In this document: positions 57,570 through 64,000 of the stretch, piece after piece | How positions within the stretch are numbered: the stretch's first letter is position 1 | How the letters are laid out: each line of letters opens with the position of its first letter | DNA from: an uncultured Gemmatimonadales bacterium | Lineage (GTDB): Bacteria; Gemmatimonadota; Gemmatimonadetes; Longimicrobiales; RSA9 | Reading direction: 5' to 3' | NCBI GenBank assembly: GCA_963798085.1 | Contig: CAWCRS010000012.1 | Coordinates: forward strand, 32,986-96,985 | DNA: 64,000 bases | Position numbers and translations under genes: made by a program | Notes under the pieces: model-generated | What the model was told of the DNA's origin: nothing | The model's input: only the letters and a program-made list of their open reading frames with translations | The model's database searches: none

Positions 57570-58341
57570 TCAGAGGATCCCGCGGCCCCGTCGCGGCCTG
57601 AGTCGGGCAACCGAGTCGGGTGCCAGGCGAGGGATCGCACGGAACCGGCCACGCATGGCAGCCGGCGGTGCGACGCCCGCGCGCGGCGCCATTCTTCCGG
57701 GCGCCGCCGCGCGAGGCAGGGCCGGCGCGAAACGGCCGCGCTGCATGGGAACAACCACGCGCGGCACGCGTGGTGAGGCCGGCGCCATGGGCGTCATGTT
57801 CAGCCGTGGCACGGCGAGGCGCGGGGCGACCAGGCCCTGCCGGCCCCCCGGCATCACGCGCCCTGCCATGCCCGGACCGAGCTGGCCACGCCTCCGCATC
57901 CGCGCACGGGCCCCGGCAGCACCGGTCCGGCGCTGCCGCACGGCGGCACGGGCGCGTGTGCCCAGCCGCTGCCGCTGCTGGTCTGTAAGCGTCGAGTTGA
58001 CGCCCTGACGCAGACTGCGCGCCGACTCCTGCATCTCGGCTGCGCAGCGAACGGAGCTGTTCGCGCTGATCGTCGCTCAGCGAGCCCTGTCCACGCGACT
58101 CGCGTAGCTTCTGCAACTGATCGCGCATGCTCTGACGGCTCGCGTCGAAGTTCTTCGACAACTCCTCGAGCCGGTTCACCTGATCGTCCGTCAGACCCAA
58201 CTGCCTACGCCGTTCGATCAGCGCCCTCGCCATGTCGCCGCGGGCACCCATCCCGGCACCTGCGCGCTGCGCCCGCACCTGCCCGGCCAACGCGGCCGGC
58301 AGCAGCGCGAGTAACAGCGCGAGCATCGTCGCCTTCTTCAT
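57570..58341 (-). CDS. Spy/CpxP-like periplasmic protein with Arg/Pro-rich tail, one indel at about 58038
   Basis: Signal peptide MKKATMLALLL. LGLTDDQ and, after the frame switch, LTDQQRQRL (paired LTxxQ motifs). Confidence 0.7.
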
Positions 58342-58607
58342 ACTGCTATCCCTCTGGCTTGACGTAATGGCACGGGTCTCCACCCATGCCTTTACTCCTT
58401 GGAATGCAGGAAACGGGCAGAGCGTTAGCTTTTACGCGTGCCATCCGCCCCGTCGAGAGGCGCGCGGTGTCCGGCCCGGCTGGCCCGGCGCCTCGTCATT
58501 CTGCGCCTTTCATGCGTGCGGGCTCGCGGCCGGGCGGGTGCCGCACAAACTCGCGTTACCAGCCACCACCGGCTCAGATTCAGATCGTCCCCAGCGGAGA
58601 GAGCTTC

Positions 58608-59471
58608 ATGCGCGTGCGCGTTCTGGCTGCCCTGATGTCAGTCTTGCCCGCGGTTGCGGGGTGCTCGGGCCTGTTCTCCGGCGTGGGCCGGTCGGCTTCG
58701 CAAGGCGTGCTCAGCGGATTCCATGATTATGCGACGCATCAGCCGACGGCCGACTCGCTGCGCGCCACCATCGATTCCGCCGCCGCCTTCGCGAGCGGCG
58801 CCATCGGCAAGTACCTGCAGCCGCGGCTGGACACGACCGTGGGCCACGTGCTGGATCGCGCCAACGGCAGCCTGAACCAGCTGGAGGCGACCGTCAATCG
58901 CCTGCAGGACACGACCGTCGCCCGCCTCAACGGCTCGCTCAACGACGCCGTGAACGACCTGATCCGCAACAGCACACGCACGGCAGGCGAGAGCGGCCGG
59001 GAACAGGCTAACGCGCTGTTGAAGGACCTGCGCACCGGCTTCGAGAACGACCTGGGGCCTGCGCTCACACGCACCGTCGCCAGCATCGTCGACACCATGA
59101 CCGCGCACCTGGCCGTGAATCTCCGCGGCGAGCTGATGCGCGCCCTCGCCAATGCCGCCGACACCATTGCCGCGAAAGCCGCCGCTTCGGCCGTCACGGC
59201 CGGCAACAGGAGCGTCGAGCAGACGCCCACCGTGCGCAACCTGAAACGCTGGGGCCCGTGGGCGGTCGTCGCGATCCTGGCCGGATCCGTCGGCTGGTAC
59301 TGGTACAGCCGCCGGCGCACCGAAAAAGCACTGGAAGCCGTCGCGACCGCCATCCGCGACAACGGCAATGACGACATCCGCGGCGACATCAAGACCGAAG
59401 CTCTGCGGCGCAATGTCGAGCCGTGGCTCAATGAGTTTCTCAAGAAGAAGGGGTATCTCAAGACGGCCTAG
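58608..59471 (+). CDS. Hypothetical helical lipoprotein with C-terminal TM helix
   Basis: GGAGAG RBS, lipobox-like AVAG-C, long amphipathic helical body, TM WAVVAILAGSVGWYWY. Confidence 0.7.
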   Translation: MRVRVLAALMSVLPAVAGCSGLFSGVGRSASQGVLSGFHDYATHQPTADSLRATIDSAAAFASGAIGKYLQPRLDTTVGHVLDRANGSLNQLEATVNRLQDTTVARLNGSLNDAVNDLIRNSTRTAGESGREQANALLKDLRTGFENDLGPALTRTVASIVDTMTAHLAVNLRGELMRALANAADTIAAKAAASAVTAGNRSVEQTPTVRNLKRWGPWAVVAILAGSVGWYWYSRRRTEKALEAVATAIRDNGNDDIRGDIKTEALRRNVEPWLNEFLKKKGYLKTA

Positions 59472-59527
59472 CAGGGCATTGCGGGGCTCAGCGGATTCAG
59501 CGGCGTTGCCGAGGCTTGGGCCGGGAC

Positions 59528-59779
59528 ACGTCGGACCGTCCTGGCATTCGCGGGCTGTGGCGCGACGAACGTCGGACCGTCCTGGCACTCTTGCGTTGTG
59601 GCTCGACGAACGTCGGACCGTCCTGGACACTCTTGCGTTGTGGCTCGACGAACGTCGGACCGTCCTGGCATTCCTGGGTTGTGGCTCGGCCGAACGTCGG
59701 ACCGTCCTGGCATTCTTTGGTTGTGGCTCGACGAACGTCGGACCGTCCTGGACATCTTGCGTTGTGGCTCGGCCGAACG
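59528..59779 (+). repeat. Tandem array of six 41-42-bp units equal to the left end of the 144-bp element
   Basis: TCGGACCGTCCTGG starts at 59531, 59572, 59613, 59655, 59697 and 59738, then at 59780 as the first full element. Confidence 0.95.
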
Positions 59780-60314
59780 TCGGACCGTCCTGGCGTTCTT
59801 TGGTTGTGGCTCGACAACGCAGCGCGAGGGCGCGTGCGAGAATCGAGTGACCGGTTTTCATTCGTGTACGGGACGCTCCCGTGGCGCCACCGGCCGGAAG
59901 GAAAGAATGCCAGGACGGTCCGATAGACGGCCTTGCCAGGGACGCGTGGCGGGGGCTGGTTGCAGGGGGAAACGACGGACCGTCTTGGCGTTCTTGGGTT
60001 GTGGCTCGACAACGCAGCGCGAGGGCGCGTGCGAGAATCGAGTGACCGGTTTTCATGCGTGTACGGGACGCTCCCGCGGCGCAACCGGCCGGAAGGAAAG
60101 AATGCCAGGACGGTCCGATAGACGGCCTTGCCAGGGACCGCGTGGCGGGGGCTGGTTGCAGGGGGAAACGACGGACCGTCTTGGCGTTCTTGGGTTGTGG
60201 CTCGACAACGCAGCGCGAGGGCGCGTGCGAGAATCGAGTGACCGGTTTTCATGCGTGTACGGGACGCTCCCGCGGCGCAACCGGCCGGAAGGAAAGAATG
60301 CCAGGACGGTCCGA
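59780..60314. mobile_element. Three tandem 144-bp REPIN/MITE-like elements (type A) with 21-bp terminal inverted repeats
   Basis: Copies at 59780-59923, 59975-60118 and 60171-60314. Ends TCGGACCGTCYTGGCGTTCTT / AAGAATGCCAGGACGGTCCGA, with near-identical 51-52-bp linkers. Mobility is inferred. Confidence 0.75.
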
Positions 60315-60377
60315 TAGACCGCGTGGCGGGGGTTTTGTTGCTGGGACACCGATCAAACGGCGACAACGGGAGGCGAG

Positions 60378-60920
60378 ATGACACAGGAAACCGTGCTTGG
60401 CCCGGGCAACGGGGCGGTGGACTACCTGCTCGTGCTGCTGGTGTATGCCTGCCTTTTCGTAATCATGCGTTATGCCAATCCGCGCGTGGACCCGGAATTC
60501 CGCAAGACGGCGTGGACGCTGGGACTCGGCTGGGCAGTCTGTGTCTTCATTGCGAATTATCTGCTGTACCGCGCGGGCGTCATGAGCTTCCTGCCCTGGC
60601 TCAACAATTTCTGGCACACGTTCCCGTGGATCGGATTCTGCCTGGCTTTCGCGTACAACGAGGCGAGGAAGCATCCGCTGCTGGAGCAGCTGGCGATCTT
60701 TGCCATCTTCAGCTTCATCGTGAAGTGGGCCGAGCACACCCTCCTCGGCACCTGGGAGCACGACAACTTCTTCGGCATCCATGGCAACATCGCGTACATC
60801 ACGGGCTGGAGCCTGGCCGACGGTCTCTACCCGGTGGTGTCCGTCCTGGCGCTGAAAATCGTGAGCAAGTTCATACCCGGGCTGATCGTTCCAGACCTCA
60901 AGGCCAACGGGATCATCTAG
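60378..60920 (+). CDS. Hypothetical integral membrane protein (about 5 TM)
   Basis: GGGAGG RBS, 180 aa, hydrophobic, with polar motifs NNFWH and KWAEH. Confidence 0.8.
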   Translation: MTQETVLGPGNGAVDYLLVLLVYACLFVIMRYANPRVDPEFRKTAWTLGLGWAVCVFIANYLLYRAGVMSFLPWLNNFWHTFPWIGFCLAFAYNEARKHPLLEQLAIFAIFSFIVKWAEHTLLGTWEHDNFFGIHGNIAYITGWSLADGLYPVVSVLALKIVSKFIPGLIVPDLKANGII

Positions 60921-60972
60921 AACGCCGTTTCCCGTGTTGCGGCTCGGGCCGGACTCAGGCTGGGACAACGGA

Positions 60973-61271
60973 TCGGACCGCTTTGGCATTCTTGGGTTCC
61001 GGCCCGAACGACTACGCTGACGACTCGCGCAGGTATCGACTGACCGATCCTCATGCGCGCACGGGACGCGTCCATGGTGGCACCGGCCAGAAGGAAAGAA
61101 TGCCAAGACGGTCCGACAGCGACCATATCGGACCGCCTTGGCATTCTTGGGTTCCGGCCCGAACGACTACGCTGACGACTCGCGCAGGTATCGACTGACC
61201 GATCCTCATGCGCGCACGGGACGCGTCCATGGTGGCACCGGCCAGAAGGAAAGAATGCCAAGACGGTCCGT
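60973..61271. mobile_element. Two 144-bp elements (type B), diverged relatives of type A
   Basis: Copies at 60973-61116 and 61128-61271. Same length and ends (TCGGACCGCYTTGGCATTCTT / AAGAATGCCAAGACGGTCCG), colinear but substituted interior. Confidence 0.75.
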
Positions 61272-61348
61272 TATCCCCAGCAACGCCGTTGCCAGACGCC
61301 CCAAGCACCCCCCACGTTCCGCAGACACAAGCAGAGGAGCGCTGAAGC

Positions 61349-62908
61349 GTGCAGAGAACAGAGATGCTGCGCCGGCTGGCGGCGCGCTCGCAGGCCTGCG
61401 ACTTCGTCATCATTGGTGGAGGCGCGACGGGTGTGGGCGTGGCGATTGATGCAGCGGCGAGGGGCTATCGCGTCGCGCTGTTCGAGCAGGCAGACTTCGG
61501 CAAGGGCACGTCCAGCCGCAGCACCAAGCTGATCCATGGCGGCGTGCGCTATCTGCAGCAGGGCAACATCCCCCTCGTGATGGAAGCGCTGAAGGAGCGC
61601 GGCATCCTGCGGCAGAACGCGCCGCACCTGGTGCACGACCTGCCTTTCGTGGTTCCCAACTACGCCTGGTGGGAAGCGCCGTTCTATGGCATCGGCATGC
61701 GTGTGTACAATGCACTGGCCGGCAAGTACGGCTTCGGGCCATCGCGCAACCTCTCCCGCGAGGAAGTGATCGCGCGCATCCCCACGATCGAGACGGAAGG
61801 CCTGAGAGGCGGCGTCGTCTATCATGACGGGCAGTTCGATGATGCGCGGCTATTGATCAACATGGCGGAAACCGCTGCGGAGCAGGGCGCCGTGCTCCTC
61901 AATTACGCGCCGGTCACGGCCCTGCTGCGCGACGACGAGGGCTACGTGAACGGCGTGAGCGTGCGTGATCTCGAGACCGGCGAGACGCTGGACGTGCGCG
62001 GGCGCGTCGTGATCAATGCAACCGGCGTGTTCGCGGACGGTATCCGCCGCATGGACGAGCCCGATGCCTCGCCCGTGATCAGACCCAGCCAGGGCGTGCA
62101 CATCGTGCTGGACCGCTCGTTCCTGCCCGGCGAGAGCGCCATCATGGTGCCGCACACCGCCGATCGCCGCATCCTCTTCGCCATTCCCTGGCACGGTCGT
62201 GTGCTGATCGGCACGACGGACACACCCGTGACGGAGGTGTCGCTCGAGCCGCGACCGCTCGAGGAGGAGGTGACGTTCCTGCTGGAGCACGCCGTGCGCT
62301 ACCTGACGAAGGATCCCACGCGCGCCGACGTGCTGAGCGTGTTTGCCGGCCTGCGCCCGCTCGTCGACCACGGCGAGCAGGACACGGCGGCCGTTTCGCG
62401 CGAGCACTCCGTGCTCGTCTCGCACGCCGGCCTGGTCACAGTGGCTGGCGGCAAGTGGACGACGTACCGGCGCATGGCGGAAGACACGGTGGATCATGCC
62501 GCCACACTCGCCGGCCTCGAGCCGCGCGCCTGCGTCACGCGCGAACTGGACATACACGGCATTCACCGCCACGCCGACCAGTTCGGCGCACTCGCGCAGT
62601 ACGGCTCCAATGCGCTGGGTGTCGAGGCGCTGTGCGCGACTAACGCCGAGCTTGGCGAGCTCCTGCACGAGCGGCTCGCAGTGCGCGCGGGCGAGGTGCT
62701 GTGGGCGGTGCGAAACGGGATGGCGCGCACCGTGGACGACTTTCTGGCCCGCCGCACGCGCTCGCTGCTGCTCGATGCCCGGGCCGCGCAGGAAATGGCG
62801 CCGCGCGTGGCCACGCTGATGGCCGCGGAGCTGGGCCGCGATGAGGCCTGGCGCGCGGCCCAGATCAGCGGCTTTCAGGCCCTCGCGGGGCATTACCTGC
62901 TCACCTGA
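61349..62908 (+). CDS. glpD: FAD-dependent glycerol-3-phosphate dehydrogenase/oxidase
   Basis: IIGGGATG, GTSSRSTKLIHGGVRYL, DGQFDDARL, GTTD, AGLRPL, GGKWTTYR.MAED. Confidence 0.95.
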   Translation: MQRTEMLRRLAARSQACDFVIIGGGATGVGVAIDAAARGYRVALFEQADFGKGTSSRSTKLIHGGVRYLQQGNIPLVMEALKERGILRQNAPHLVHDLPFVVPNYAWWEAPFYGIGMRVYNALAGKYGFGPSRNLSREEVIARIPTIETEGLRGGVVYHDGQFDDARLLINMAETAAEQGAVLLNYAPVTALLRDDEGYVNGVSVRDLETGETLDVRGRVVINATGVFADGIRRMDEPDASPVIRPSQGVHIVLDRSFLPGESAIMVPHTADRRILFAIPWHGRVLIGTTDTPVTEVSLEPRPLEEEVTFLLEHAVRYLTKDPTRADVLSVFAGLRPLVDHGEQDTAAVSREHSVLVSHAGLVTVAGGKWTTYRRMAEDTVDHAATLAGLEPRACVTRELDIHGIHRHADQFGALAQYGSNALGVEALCATNAELGELLHERLAVRAGEVLWAVRNGMARTVDDFLARRTRSLLLDARAAQEMAPRVATLMAAELGRDEAWRAAQISGFQALAGHYLLT

Positions 62909-63068
62909 GGTCGCAGCGTCGCGATCCAGTCCCCCGCCCGCGACGGTCCGCCCCGGCCGGCCCGCTCCGCATCCCAGCCACGTTGTCGCCGGACCGTGTT
63001 GCCGCCATCATCCTTCTATCCAGGCACATTCTGTTGCGAACTCCCCCGAGCCCCATGAGGCCGACACC

Positions 63069-63546
63069 TTGCCGTCTCCTCCATCCGTAACGACTCGCCT
63101 GCGCGTGAACGGCAAGGATTTCGAGGTCAGCAGCGAGCCGGACACGCCGCTGCTCTGGGTGCTGCGCGACGAGCTGGGTCTGACCGGCACCAAGTTCGGT
63201 TGTGGCATGGCGCCTGCGGCGCCTGCACCGTGCACATCGATGGACAGCGCCGCGCGCGCCTGCATCACGCCGCTCTCCGATGCCGCCGCAACACGAGGTG
63301 ACAACGATCGAAGGCCTGGCCGGCGCCGGCCTGCACGCCGTGCAGCGCGCCTGGATTGCGGAGGATGTACCGCAGTGCGGCTACTGTCAGGCGGGCCAGA
63401 TCATGAGTGCCGCGGCGCTGCTGGCACAGCATCCGGCGCCCACCGATGATGACATCGATCGCGCCATGGCCGGCAATCTCTGCCGCTGTGGCACGTACCA
63501 GCGTATCCGCGCCGCCATCAAACGCGCCGCGCGCGAGGGTACATGA
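63069..63546 (+). CDS. iorA: (2Fe-2S) small subunit of an isoquinoline 1-oxidoreductase-like molybdoenzyme, several indels at 63205-63290
   Basis: [27 protein letters not shown] (shifted frame), [28 protein letters not shown]. Confidence 0.85.
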
Positions 63547-64000
63547 GCCCGCTGGCCCGCCGCGATTTCGTGCGCCTGACCGCGCTCGCCGGCGGCGGGC
63601 TGCTCGTTTCCGTGGCGCTGCCCGCGTGCGTGCGCAACCCGGACGCGCAGGCTGCGCCCGTGGTCAACGGCGCAGGCGACGCCGGGCCCGCACTTGCCGG
63701 CGCGTCCGCCCCGGCCGCGGCCACCGCCGCGCTCACCGCGTATTTCCGCATCGAGCCGGACGGCGCTATCACCGTGTTAGCCCCCAAGATCGGAGATGGG
63801 TCAGGGCACCTGGACTTCGCTGCCCATGATCCTGGCCGATGAGCTGGATGCGGACTGGTCGCGCGTCACCATTGTGCCGGCGCCGCTGGATGAGCAGACG
63901 TACGACTGGCAGGGCGCGGGCGGCAGCACCAGCGTGTGGGAGGGCTGGCTGCCTCTGCGCACGGCGGCGGCCGGCGCGCGCGAGCTGCTGAAACAGGTGG
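63543..64000 (+). CDS. iorB: Molybdopterin-binding large subunit (IorB-like), Tat signal, indel at about 63792, 3' partial
   Basis: RRDFVR Tat motif, [11 protein letters not shown], then [23 protein letters not shown] and GGSTSV in the shifted frame. Confidence 0.85.

Noticed and set aside
59528..60314. CRISPR array
   Set aside because: The units are head-to-tail near-copies with no unique spacers, and there are no cas genes in the window.
58638..61449. Long ORFs made of repeated peptides (e.g. 58638..60056 -, 59497..60384 -, 59598..60317 +, 60251..61198 +)
   Set aside because: They are translations of the inverted-repeat elements in several frames at once, with no RBS or codon bias, and they overlap real genes.
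22895..64000. True pseudogenes or programmed frameshifting in GntR2, the beta-propeller, the epimerase, aroF, corA, the Spy-like gene and iorAB
   Set aside because: These are single-base indels in otherwise undecayed genes, with no slippery heptamers and a shared GATG context. Sequencing error is the simpler explanation.
1..64000. Prophage, integrative element, known anti-phage system, rRNA or tRNA
   Set aside because: No integrase, transposase, phage structural, nuclease/NTPase defence motif or RNA-gene signature was recognised.

Overview
High-GC bacterial chromosomal segment. The gene repertoire (many secreted peptidases, MacB-type and duplicated ABC permeases, 6-bladed beta-propeller, DUF1800/DUF1501, Gly/Arg-rich tails) suggests Gemmatimonadota; this is inference, as no marker gene is present. 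About 45 CDS are visible: an ECF sigma/anti-sigma/Spy-like/TolC/MacA/MacB operon, a peptide and D-amino-acid catabolism region (S9, M1, GNAT plus NSAR/OSBS, M28), a CHASE-PAS-PAS kinase-like protein, two GntR regulators, a SigR/RsrA-like/DsbA module, alpha-2-macroglobulin plus PbpC, an aroF-chorismate mutase-pheA operon, corA, glpD and iorAB. No rRNA, tRNA, transposase, integrase or cas gene was recognised. Highlights: (1) an unannotated 27-aa leader peptide with seven consecutive Phe/Tyr codons and a complete 1:2/2:3/3:4 attenuator upstream of aroF; (2) five 144-bp inverted-repeat elements with a compensatory stem change and a tandem array of their left end; (3) three further intergenic repeat families; (4) a sensor kinase lacking its phospho-acceptor His; (5) most frameshifts fall at or beside GATG, which points to long-read errors at a modified DNA motif rather than real pseudogenes. 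All family assignments come from motif recognition by eye, not database searches.
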